Assembly: GCA_013239625.1 (NCBI GenBank)
Contig: MU053994.1
Span: 623,775-687,774, forward strand
Origin: Lama guanicoe
Lineage: Eukaryota
DNA length: 64,000 nucleotides
Direction of reading: 5' to 3'
Positions 53,111-64,000 of this stretch are shown in pieces; the first letter of the stretch is position 1; each line of letters opens with the position of its first letter. The notes beneath the pieces are model-generated. The model did no database searches. It saw only the letters and a list, made by a program, of their open reading frames with translations, and was not told the origin of the DNA. The translations under genes were made by a program, and so were the position numbers.

Positions 53111-53789
53111 GCCCTAGTACTAAAGTAGAATTGTACTTAAAAGACCAGTATCTCGCCAGAGAAAGTAGAACGAGTCATTATAAGAGAGACTAAAAGTGAG
53201 AATGTTATAGAAATCATTGAAAAGAGAAGGGCAAGATTTCAATCACGATGTGAGGATGGATGAGGTGGGAAGGTTTGAAGACAGTGCTTTAGAGATGGTT
53301 TCTGGTGTCTCTTTCAGCTCACAAATCTGGGAAATGAGAAGCAGTAACAGCAGTATACTGTACGGAAGGTGTTATCAGTAAAGAAAACGCCACGTGAAAA
53401 TGTCCTGCTCTCCCCGGCAGTCTCCTTTCAAATGCAGAGGAATTTTGTCAGCTGATTATGTGTTTTAAACCCAAATAGAAATGTCTAGCCTCACCTGCTC
53501 CTGATGTGACTTTAATTGTATATCCTGAGCCAGGTGTTCCGTTCCTAATACTTATCTCCACATGTGGCATTTTAAAAGGCTGCTTTGGCTGGTGTCTGCT
53601 TAGGCTTTTAGCAAACCTCGCTCGGTTTTCCTGACTGGCGAGAGCACACAGCTCCACCAAGTTTCTCCAGGCGTCAGATTTACAGAGCTCACTCTCCGTC
53701 TTCAGCCTTGCTTGCGGAAGGAGGTGGAGTGAACCTCCAAAATCTCAGATGTAAATGAGGTTTCAAGAGTTCATTTAAGAACAGAATAA

Positions 53790-54655
53790 AGTGGAAATGC
53801 AAAGCAAAACCAAATGAGGTATCGCCTCCACCTGTCAGAATGGTGATTCTCCAAAAGACAAGAAACAAGTGTTGTCGGTGATATGGAGAAAAGGCAACCC
53901 TCGTGCACTGTTGGTGGGAATGCAAATCGGTGCAGCCACTGTGCAAAACAGTACGGAGGTGCCTCAAAAAATTAAAAATACAACCACCATATGATCCAGC
54001 AATCCCTCTTCTGGGTATTTATCCAAAAGAAACGGAAACAGGATCTCATAGAGGTATCTGCATCCCCACGTTTACTGCAGCATTATTCACAATAGCCCAG
54101 ATATGGAAACAATCTAAACGTCCATTAATAGATGAATGGATGAAGATGTGGTATATACATACAATGGAACATTATCCAGCCATAAAAAAGAATGGAATGT
54201 TGCCATGTATGACAACATGGATGGACCTTGAAGGCATTATGCTAAGTGAAATAAGTCACAGAAAGACAAATACCATGTGATCTCACTCATATGTGGAATG
54301 TAAAAAATGAAACAAATAAAAGCTAAGCTCATACATACAGAGAGTAGACTGGTGGTTGCCAGAGGGGAGAGGCAGTGGGGAGTGGTCAAAACGGGTGAAG
54401 GAGGTCAAAATGTATAAAGTTCCAGCTTTAAAATAAATAAGTCACGGGATGTAATGTACAGATTGATGACTATCGTTAATAATACTGTTTAAGAGTAGAT
54501 CTTAAAAGTCCTCATCACAAGAAAAAAAGATTTTTGTAACTATATACAGGGATTGTAACTAGACTTACTGCAGTCATCACTGTGTGATGCAAACAAATAT
54601 CGAATCATTACGTTGTACACCTGAAACTAATATGTGTCAATTACATCTCAGAAAG
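53790..54655 (+). mobile_element. L1MA-like 3' fragment
   Basis: ORF 53903-54280 [42 protein letters not shown] is the L1 ORF2 C-terminus; 3' UTR follows. Confidence 0.9.
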
Positions 54656-56854
54656 AACAGAAACAGAGTAAGAAATCCTATCTTGTAGGCATGCAAACAC
54701 AATCCAACACAGACAACTTTGCTATGAACTTTCCATACATTTCATGTGGGGTTTTATAGACACTGAGTCTTTGCTAGGCTGCAAGGAATAAATCAGAAAG
54801 CCAGAAAAGCTGCATCAAATTCAAAGATGGAAGGACTCCAGAGACCTTCCAGGAGTGAGAATGGGAATGATTTACTCTGTCTCGGGCAGATTCTCTATTA
54901 AATCTCAGATGGTTATACAACTGGGGGGCTGATGGGGCCCTTGATATCCATCTCCCTCTTTCAGAGGTTCCCGATTCCAGGCCTCTTACAACTGCTCTCT
55001 TACTAGGGACATGATGTCCCCTCGCTAAGAGATGGAGTCTCAAATGATCTTCAAAATCTGTCACCAAGCACATCGGGTGAACTCAGCTGACATGATCTGC
55101 CTCGGGACCCACAGGCCTAGACAGTCTCCCCTCCCCAGCCTTCCAAAACCTCTGGCTTGGACTGAAATCCCTTTCTTTGGAATCAACAGCCCCAGGAGAG
55201 CACATTTCCTGAAAGACCCCATTGGGATGTGCCAAGTTGGGGGCAGCCTTCTGGCTGGTGGAGGAAGCCAAGCCAGCCAGGGCCAGTTCCCAAAAGACGC
55301 AGACTAGGGAGCGCCCAAAGTGGAAACCCATGATTCTGTGGGTGCCTGGGCCCTGGCAGCAAGCTCCGCTGTATAAGCGTAGAAGCTGAGGGAAGGAGAG
55401 CAGAGGGCAGGGTGAGGGAGGGGAGGGAGGTCAGATGAAAAAAGGGAAGAGGCCCCTTGGCTGAGAAAGGCTACACCAGATGTACAGGCAGCTTAGAGAC
55501 GCCTTGCCTCCCAGTTCAGAATGAAAGGCTGCCTCTAGCTTCTTAACTTCTCCCTCTGCTCCTGGTCCAGAACTGACTTCCCCTTCCTTCCGGGTTCATC
55601 TTAACCTGACTCCTGCTGGGGTGGGGCATGAACACGCCTGGAGAACAGGGGAATGGCATTTGCCTGGCACAGAGAATAAGTCTCCTTTCCACTTTGCCCT
55701 GAATCAGTTCCTACCAAACAGCTTAAAATTTACAAGAGTCAAGCTCAAAACATAAATGTTCCCGTTTATCAGTTTACCTGTTTGTTTGATTCATTCATTC
55801 ATCTGTGCGACGTGCAGAGAATTTCCAGCAGCCACCCCTACATCTCCCAAGCAGGCTATCTGGGACACACACCCTCTCTCGCCACCCTTCACCCAAAACT
55901 CGGTAGGTTCGTTTCTCAGATCCCGGATTTAAATTGCCCAGAGTGTCGAAAGTAGAGCCAGATATGTGCCCGCCCTATAGTCCATGCCACCCACTTTCCC
56001 ATTAACACTGAATTAAAATGTGCCATGGATTTCTTCTTTCTGGGGAGACAGGGGTGCAGCCATGTTGCCTTGAGCCTCTGAAGTTCTTTGCTAACTTAAG
56101 GGATGAGGGAGTTAGCTGGAGCTTTTTAAAAGGCATCTCCAAAGAAGGTTCTGTCAACACCAGGAGAGCCCTAATAAACACCAAGGTCCCCTTGGATGCT
56201 ATAGGCCACTCCCTCCAGCAACAAGAAGCCACACCCCCTGTCTAGCAGAGCCCGCAAGTGTAGTCCTCTTGCGCTGGGGCAAACCCAGCGCTTGCCACAT
56301 GTCACCACTCTCCGCAGGCACCTCTCTCCCAGAGGTGCAGACTTTCTCGGAATCCCCAGCAGGGGGGGTTGGGGAATGCGGGAGAGGCCCGCCCGTGCCG
56401 TCCACAAGCGTCCTGTACCGTGGCTTGTGCCCTGCAGCTTCTGGGGGTGGCCTGGGACCTCAGTCGGAGGAAGTAGGGGCTCCTTCCAGGACCAGCTGCC
56501 AGCCCCTGGGCCCCGGCCGTGAGCCAGCAACCGTGTGAGAGGCAAAACTCCGGGGGGTGAGAAAGTAGCCCGCGGCCAAACTTCTCTTCGTCGCCTCCAG
56601 CGCCAACGTGGGTTTGACTGACCCCCTGGAACCCCAGGCGCAGAGGGTCCTCTGGCTCACGGCGCCGGCCATGGACTGACAGTCGCTCTCCCCTCCCAGT
56701 GCCCGGACGCGAGCCCCGTTCCGCGTCCCCCCCGTCCCCGGGGCGGCGAAAGACCAGCTCCGCGCAGACAAAGGGCGCCCCCCGCACCGCCCTCCGGCCC
56801 GAGCCGAGGGTCCCCAGCGCCCGGCAGGGGAGGCCGCCCCGCCCCCGGCCCTAC

Positions 56855-56948
56855 CTGGGAAGCCGCGGCTCGGGGGTACTCGCAGCAGCAGCAGCAGCAG
56901 CGGCGGCAGCAGCAGCAGCAGCGCGGGCCGGAGTGCGGGGCTCCCCAT
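56855..56948 (-). CDS. SRPX: SRPX coding exon 1 (signal peptide, MGSPALRPALLLLLPPLLLLLLRVPPSRGFP-G)
   Basis: ATG at 56948-56946 in strong Kozak context (GCGCGCCATGG); Leu-rich signal peptide matching the SRPX N-terminus; donor CAG|GTAGGG at 56855/56854; 94 nt, ends in phase 1; lies in a CpG island. Confidence 0.96.
56882..56922 (-). repeat. Coding (CTG)5(CCG)2(CTG)6 trinucleotide repeat encoding the signal-peptide poly-Leu
   Basis: Plus strand reads gcagcagcagcagcagcagcggcggcagcagcagcagcagc. Confidence 0.93.
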
Positions 56949-58693
56949 GGCGCGCCGGCGCTGCGCACGGCTCGGCTCGGCTGCGCGGCGCGCTTCTCGT
57001 GGGTGGGAGGAGACCGACCAGACCCAGGGGCTGCGCCGCGGACCGGCGGAGGCCGAGCTGGAAAACTCCTCCTCTCGTGTCTGTCTCTCTCCCTCCCGCC
57101 TGGGGCCGGCCCTCCTTCCTCCGCCTCCCCGGAGCGCTGGCGCGGCTGGGGCCCCGACCCACCTCCCTCCTTTTGTGCCAGCGTCTCTTCTGGAAGCGGG
57201 GCTGACCCCTCGGGGCCTGAGCGCGCCAGGGGCGTGCCCTGGCAAACTGGATTATCCTAAAGTAACTTTCTGGTCCCCAATTGCGCGCCCTTTCACCCCG
57301 AATATACACACTGGTGGCCCAACCACCTCCCAGATCCCGGGCCCCTAGCACCATGCCATCTGTGCAGAGCGCTACGTGAGTCGCACAGAAAGAGAAGGGA
57401 CAACCGAGGGCGTCCAGAGTGGCCCACCGCAGCAGGCTATTACGGCCAAGTTCGCGGCTTTGACACTCACGACCGCGCCCCTAGTTCGGTGTTGTTATGC
57501 CCATCTTATCCAAGAAGAAACGACGCTCAGAAACTTGCCCAGGTTCACCACGGTTACGGGCAGAGCGGCGATTTGAATTTAGGTGTGTGGTTCTGGAGGC
57601 GCCAACGTTCAGGCTGCGGCTTTTTGGTTTCTCTTTTGTAAAGGAATGACTCGAGGGCTGGCCCTGGTGCGTGCTGGCTGCACTGCGGTTTGGGATGGGG
57701 CTTGAGGTACTCTTTCCAGGGTCGGCTGATGGGCGAGTACAAGGCACAGAAAGCTCCCTGTCTCACCCAGAGCCTCGTGAATCCAGCTGTTGTAGTTTTG
57801 CAACCAGATTTCCCCATTTCCTGGATTGTTCGCAACCACCCCTAGGACAACCAGGATCAGGGTGGAGCCTCCACCCTGTGGCCTGGCTTCAGGATAGGGT
57901 TTCTAGGCTGCCTGCAGGACGGATCTGGTTTCTTTTTCTTCGCTTTCTCAATTTTTTTTTTTTTGTAAACCCATAAGGCAGGACCTCGTCCCTTTTGTGC
58001 CTCACCCCTTTCCTGCCCGAAGGAGATATTAGATAAGGCAGGTTCCAACTAGGGCTGCTGCGTTCAGTTGTGTAGTTTGGTGGCTGAACTAAGGCCCTGG
58101 AGGAAGGGGCAAGTGGGAGCCAAGGTCCAGCAGGCTCTGGGGTAACAAGAGCCCTGTGCCTTGGCTGAGGCTATGTCCATTTTGAAAGGGCACATTTCTC
58201 CTTGCCTCCACAGGCTGCTCTGTTAGCTAGGGTAAGAGCCCTGGGAACATCCATCCAGAAGGGTATCGACTTTTTTTTTTTTTTATCTAGAGAGTGTACT
58301 CTTTTCCTACTTTTCACAAAAGCCTCTGCCTTGAACCTCCGTCTTACCCTCTCCAGGGCTTGGGGAACTCCTCTCCATCTTTTCTGGGTTTCTCCATTAC
58401 CGCTGCCTCTTCAAGGAGCCAACAACCCTTCGATAACCCTCTGATCACAAGACAGTGAGGGCGGTCAGGCTCTTCCCTGGCCTCCATCACACCAGATTCT
58501 CCAGGGAGTGCTGCTCAATCCTGTCCACACTCAAGAGTAACCTGAGGGAGCTTCATGGAGATTCTCTGTCTGGGCTCTACCTTGACCATGAAACTAGAAT
58601 CTTTAGGGAAGTGGCCTGGAATTTGAGCAGATGCATTTTTTTGTTCCTCCATGCTCAGTGGTGCAGGTTTTAGAGTGGGATCAATTCTAAGCC

Positions 58694-58919
58694 AGGGTGT
58701 CTCATCCTAGGCACTGTTGACATTTGGGGCTGAATCATTCTTTGCTGGGGAGGGTGGCTGCTCTGTTCACTGAAGGATGTTTAACTGCATCCCTGGCCCC
58801 TATGCCCCAGATAGTAAATAGCAACTCCTCATTTTTCTCAGCTGTGACAAGCAAAACATGTCTCCAGAAGCTGTCAGATGTCCCCTAGCAGAAAACTTGG
58901 CCCCAGGTGAGAACCGCTG
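58694..58919. mobile_element. MER20-like hAT MITE
   Basis: ggcactgttgacatttggggc...tgtgacaa..aaacatgtctccaga...gagaaccgctg. Confidence 0.8.
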
Positions 58920-61759
58920 TTGTACCCATGAGCACAGGTTAATGTACACCCGAAATTTCAGGCCCAGGTTAGTCTGTCCAGCAGCTTTCCTTTCCTCTGT
59001 ATCATCTCTGAGCAAGCTCTACTCACAGAACCCAGCATACATTCTATTACTGGCTTTCCCCTATCACCTGAGTCTGGTTGAATCCCAAGAAACACTACAC
59101 TCGGTGTTAAGAGTTGCTTTCTGTGCTACTTTAGAGCAAACTCCAATCAGATTGATGATGGTGATGATGATGATAACACTGCCAGGCCTGTCTCTGGTAG
59201 AAGGGATGAGGGCAGAGGACAGCTCAGGAGAAGAGATTATCCATTCATCCCACAATATCTTGGTAGATAGTAGGATGGTTAAGTAGATTTGTAATCTGTC
59301 AAACAACTGAACCCAGAAGATGGGGTAATGACTGGATGGAAATGGGAAGAGAAGTCTCCCAGGGAGTGCCACAGAGCTCTAACCTCTTCCTGTCCTTCTG
59401 GACATAACTACTCCTGAATTGGGGAAAGATGCTATTGGCATGAGATGCAAAGATAGGCAAGAAATAGATTCCAAACAACTCTATCCACAGGAGTGCTGTA
59501 TTGACTCTGAACAGTAAAAGAGAAGGAGGATAAATATGATGCCCGGCATTAGATCTCAAAAACCAGCCACACAGATGCAGGGTAGGGGGACCGTGGCTCC
59601 TCAGCGGTACCTACCCCAGCAGTTGTCTCCAAACTACCAAGGCTTCCTGGGCACCTCGGGGCACTGCTGACAGTGCCTGTTCTGTCCTCCGTAGCATTCC
59701 CAAGAGCTGGGCAAAGTGCCGAAGGTGAGGAGCTGGGAACACAGCCCTCAAAGTCTGGCCGGGGGAGTGAAGATGTCCTTACACTGTGCGCAGTGTGGAG
59801 GAGGTTGGATTAAACAATAGCCGTGTCCCCTGAGTCAGGGCAGAATGACCCATGGTGGGGGAGGAAGGAAAAGGATTCCCAGGATTCACCTCTACTTTCT
59901 TCCTTAGGCTTGGAGACTTGGAGACACCACCGAAGGAGAACCCGGTAGCCCCTGCCTGCTGCAGGAGAGAGGTTTTCTGAGCACGTCAGTCAAGGCTCTT
60001 CTCTCCCTGTGCCCCTCCCACCCTCCTACAGCTCCTCACTCTCCCACCCTCGCAAACCAGTTCTCTTCCACATCCTTCCCAACTAAAGGACCTGAAGTTT
60101 AAGGGGAACACTGGCGGCTCACGGTACCTTCGGCTCACGGTACCTTGGGAAATGGCTGGCAGTGGAGTAAAAGTCAAGGAGACACTCAGGAGGGAGGCAG
60201 CCTAGGGAAGTGCTTCTCAAACTCTCTGTGGTGGATTAGTTTTCAAAAATTCCCAATCCATCACTGGGCAAGGCTTTTGTAAAATCAATAAACATGACTC
60301 ACTCGAAAAATGAAATGGGAACGAGTCAGAGGGCAGCACGGGTCTAGGGACCACACTTTGAGTAGCACGGTTAGAGTGGGTTTAGTGCTTTCCATTCTGC
60401 ACTTATACAAACTACATGCTATACTAGACTCTCTAGGTTTCCGAGAATTCAAGACTTGAAAGACGAGATCCGAGATGACTGGGATCACGCTCAATGAATG
60501 CCGGAAGGGTAGGGTGAGTTGGGCTGGTACTTTCACTCTCTGGTATCAAGAAATTTAGATCTGAGAGGGTTAAAATGAGAGTCTTCAAGGTCAAGATCAA
60601 AAAGAGCAAAGGGCAGTCCAAGAACAGTATCTGTTTACAGTCCCCTGGCTTAAAGAGATTTCTTCTCTTTCTAGAATAAATATTCAGAATGAAACAATGC
60701 AAGCTCTAAAGGATGAAAAATTCTGCTGCAAAAGGGAAAGGGAATGTTTTTACTCTAAAGATTCAAAGGCAAATATCTCACTTATGAAAATAATTAGCTA
60801 TAAAAAAAGGAAAAGCAGTTTTAGAAAATATCTATTTGGTGTATTCAGTACAAGATTCAAGGAGAAGGCTTTTATAGAATACAATAGGAGGTCATACTGA
60901 CAATTGAGAAATATAAGAATGAAGATTTTCAAATGAAAGTGATGCCTTTCGGTTTCAATTACCCAGCTTGGAAACCACTGTTCTGGTCCCAAGAACAAGA
61001 AAACGCTGGGCAAACAGAAAAAGCAATGACTTTTCTTGGACTCAACAAAGAACTGAGTTTTCAGGACAAATAGCTAGCCATCACTATCTGGAAAGAAAGC
61101 CATAGCCAGACAGTCACAGCCAGGATCTGCTTAGGTGGGGCAGAAGCCCTACAGGAGCCATAAATTGGTAGAAACACTGAAATGGCAATTTAGAAAAATT
61201 GCTGGGGGCTGAGTGTGGACTAATATGAGAGCGAGAAGCTCCTGGGGGCTGAAGTCATAGCAGAGACTCCCACACTGCTATGGGCTTTCACTCCAAAAAC
61301 CCTACCAGGTTTTTCATGATGCAGGTCCAAGAAAGCCCTCTCCTGCTCTGGCCGGGAGAGGGGAGAGGATACTCATTCTGAAATATGCTCAGAAGCTTCT
61401 CTGGAGAAAAGGACTACTTGACAAGGACTGCTTGACCAGAGCCTGATCTCACTTCTGAGAAGGGCTTGATGATGAATTTCCTGAGAAACATCACTTGGGG
61501 AACTGCTTATGTGGGGGTTCTGCCAACCACAGACACGCCAAAGCTCGGTCACAGGTGTGGCGCCATGAATCAGGCTGGATCAATGGTAGAACTTGACCCC
61601 CAGGCCACTGTAATTAGAAGGGTAAGCACAGGTTTCAGGCTGGCCAATCAGAGGCTTGTGCAGAGATTTTTAAAACAAAGCCTGGTTGAAAGAATCCCTC
61701 TTATTTTTCCTCTTTGGTTAGATGTTGTATGAATGTGACCTAAGAAATGCTCATTTTGA

Positions 61760-63925
61760 GTGGGGCTCGGAACAAAAGAAGACTGTGTGATATGTCTGGG
61801 CTGTTTTGCAGGCTGCTCTGTCACTTGAGCCACGGGACCAGGAGATCTAGTGGCGCTCCGTGTGTCAGTGGCCAACAGAGAAGCATTCTGAAGCCTTGGG
61901 CAAGCCCCTATTGATGAAGCAAAACCTGACCCTTAGAATTTTGTAGCAAATCCCTGCCATTCCTTGGTGGATGACTACTCTCCTTTTCAGAATCAACTTC
62001 TGACTTGCTACTGGGCCTTAGTAGAGACAGAGCGCTTAACTGTGGACCACCAAGGTACCCTGTCACCTAAGCTGCCCGTCATGAATGGAGTGTTGTCCAA
62101 CTGACCAAGCCATACAGTTGAGTATTCACAGCAGCGCTCCATCATCAAACGGATGTGATACATATACAATCAGGCTCGAGCAGGCCTGGAAGGCATAAGT
62201 AAGTTGCATTAGGAAGTGGTCCAAATACCCATGGCCCTTTCTTCGGTTACATTCCATTCTGTCTTCTAGCCCACAGACCTGGCCTGATGGAGCATTTCCT
62301 ATGGCCACTGACTGCAGAAGAGAAACCTCAGATCGTCCTGCATGGCACGGAGGCACCATCTGAAAGCGGAGCGTGGCACCACTACCGCCCTACTTTCCGA
62401 AAGCCCCAAAGGACAGCCGTGAGGGGGAATCCTCCTAGTAGGCAGGATTTTGAGTCGTTTACCTGGTTACTTGAAAAGACATATTGGGTATGGATTTCCC
62501 TTCTCTGTCCATATGCTTCTGCCAAAATTAACATCCATGTTTTTATGGAATACCTTATCCACCATCGTGTTGTTCCACACAGCACTACTTCCAATCAAGG
62601 AACTCACTTCACAGCAAGTGAAATGAGGCAGTTGGTCCAGACTCACAGAATTCACTGGTCTTACCATGTTCCCCCATCATCCTGAAGCAGCTTGATAGAA
62701 GTGGAGTGGCCTTTTGAAGATGCAGTTAGTGCCCAGCTAAGCGGCAACAGCTTGCTGGGCTGGGCAAGGTCCTCCTGAATGCTGTATGCGTGTTGAGTTG
62801 GCATCCAATATATGATGCTGTTTCTCCTAGAGCCAATATTCATAGATCCAGGAGTACAGCAGTGGCACTGTTCACTATTACCTCTAGTGATTTAGTAGCA
62901 AAATATTACTTCTCATCTGTCTGATACATAGGTTCTTCTGGTCTAGAGGTCTGAGTTTCAGAAAGAGGAATGCTTCCATCGGGGGACCCATCAGTGATTC
63001 TACTAAAATGAAAATTGAGATGGCTACCCAGACACTCTGGGCGCCTCACGCCAATGAATCAACAGGCAGAAAAGGGGGCCACTGTCTGGCTAGGGTGATT
63101 AATCCTGAGAGGTGATTATCAGGGAGAAATCAAGTTGCTACTGCCATACACAATGGGGGTAAGGAGGGGAACATCTGGAAAGCAGGCAGTCCTGTGATTA
63201 ACGTCAACAGAAAACTACAACCGAATTCAGGCAGGGCTGCTAATATCCCAGAACCTTCAAGAATGAAAGTTTGTGACACTTTGCCAAAAACCCATGACCA
63301 GCCACTGAGGTGTTTGCTTACAGCAAAACAAGTAAGAAATGGTACAATATGAGAAGGTAATTATAAATATTAGCTATGACCATGTGACCATGGACGAGCA
63401 AGGACTGTAATAGTTATATTTCTTCCTTATTTTAATACAGATATGTTTGTATATATATTAACCAGATATTTTCACTTTCTCTCCTTTCTCATACCCTTAT
63501 TCTAAATATATAACATATATATTTTTTTCTTTTTTTGGTGGGGGTAGGTAATTAGGTTTATTTCTTTATTTGTTAGTGGAGGTACTGGGGATTGAACCCA
63601 GGACCTCGTGCATGCTAAGCACGTGCTTTACCACTGAGCCATACCCACCTCCCCTAACACAAGATATATTAATACTTAATGTCTCAGTATTTAAGTTATA
63701 AGTTATCAAAGGAAGTGTGTGAATCAGCTTGGAAAAGAATGAATATCACCCAAGGACAAAAAAGGAACTTTATATTCTCTTCTGGGAAAAAGGTTAGCGT
63801 TTTGTAGTTGTATGTGGAATAGCTGTATAATGCTAGGCAGGAGTAGGACTTTGTATTATCTTTATTCAGATATTAAGTATACTTTAAGGAAGATGTGTTT
63901 GGATGCCAAGTTGACTAGGGGTGGA
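61760..63925 (+). mobile_element. Degenerate ERV-L internal region: pol RNase H/connection, integrase, dUTPase, 3' untranslated part
   Basis: 61941-62230 reads approximately YSPFQNQLLTCYWALVETERLT..QARAGLEGISKLH; ORF 62287-62685 ends LIHHRVVPHSTTSNQGTHFTASEMRQLVQTHRIHWSYHVP (ERV-L integrase core); dUTPase-like remnant ~62960-63140 after the integrase is typical of ERV-L. Confidence 0.85.
63522..63654 (-). mobile_element. tRNA-Ala-derived camelid SINE inserted in the ERV-L
   Basis: Reverse-complement head with intact boxes, ggtaattaggtttatt body, poly-T; degenerate TSD taacatatatatt / taacacaagatatatt. Confidence 0.88.
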
Positions 63926-64000
63926 TTTTAATGGCTTTGTGATGTGTCAACTTGGCTAGGCTGGGCTACATTTCCCAAAATTCACTCTCTTGTTTCCAGT
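63926..64000 (+). mobile_element. Start of an MLT2-type 3' LTR of the ERV-L
   Basis: Follows the purine-rich tract ttgactaggggtgga; atgtgtcaacttggctaggct is the characteristic MLT2 LTR start. Confidence 0.75.

Larger units (their letters stand above)
7949..56854 (-). other. SRPX: SRPX intron 1 (48,906 nt as assembled)
   Basis: GT at 56854-56853 and AG at 7950-7949; no other credible coding exon seen in between. Confidence 0.88.
56240..57620. promoter_or_regulatory. SRPX: CpG island / SRPX promoter, 5' UTR and start of intron 1
   Basis: Very GC- and CpG-dense compared with the rest of the window; surrounds the start codon; GC-box (GGGGCGGGG on minus) at ~56836-56846; no obvious TATA box; TSS cannot be placed from sequence. 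Confidence 0.88.

Noticed and set aside
56460..57245. 261-aa minus-strand ORF extending SRPX exon 1 in both directions
   Set aside because: It starts at TTG with no upstream in-frame ATG, stops are rare in GC-rich DNA, and only the 94-nt portion has a Kozak start, a signal peptide and a donor
56171..57354. Many overlapping Ala/Arg/Pro/Gly-rich ORFs on both strands
   Set aside because: By-products of CpG-island composition and the CAG/CTG repeat
62287..62685. Integrase-like ORF as a domesticated gene
   Set aside because: Only the C-terminal part resembles integrase, the catalytic SDQG motif reads SNQG, and the flanks are frameshifted

Overview
Mammalian genomic DNA, most likely a camelid: the lineage-specific SINEs are tRNA-Ala(AGC)-headed, Vic-1-like. 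The window holds the 5' part of SRPX (sushi repeat-containing protein, X-linked) on the minus strand: a CpG-island promoter and exon 1 at ~56.9 kb, a 48.9-kb first intron, then exons 2-4 (7889-7948, 2604-2795, 1047-1223). All four splice GT-AG in one frame and give a signal peptide, an acidic Ser-Gly linker and two CCP/sushi domains. The gene continues off the left edge. The rest is non-coding: young and old LINE-1 fragments, SINEs with target-site duplications, MaLR/ERV-L relics, hAT and TcMar MITEs, microsatellites and one 413-nt assembly gap. I found no convincing new biological system. The best leads are (i) an inverted pair of AhR/ARNT-type motifs inside a DRE/ARE/AP-1 motif cluster in intron 1, (ii) a skippable 60-nt exon carrying a glycosaminoglycan-attachment-type motif, and (iii) a duplicated, chimeric L1 block with a (GAATA[C/T]A)n junction next to the gap, which may be an assembly artefact. 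Repeat family names are recalled from consensus sequences, and old-repeat boundaries are approximate.
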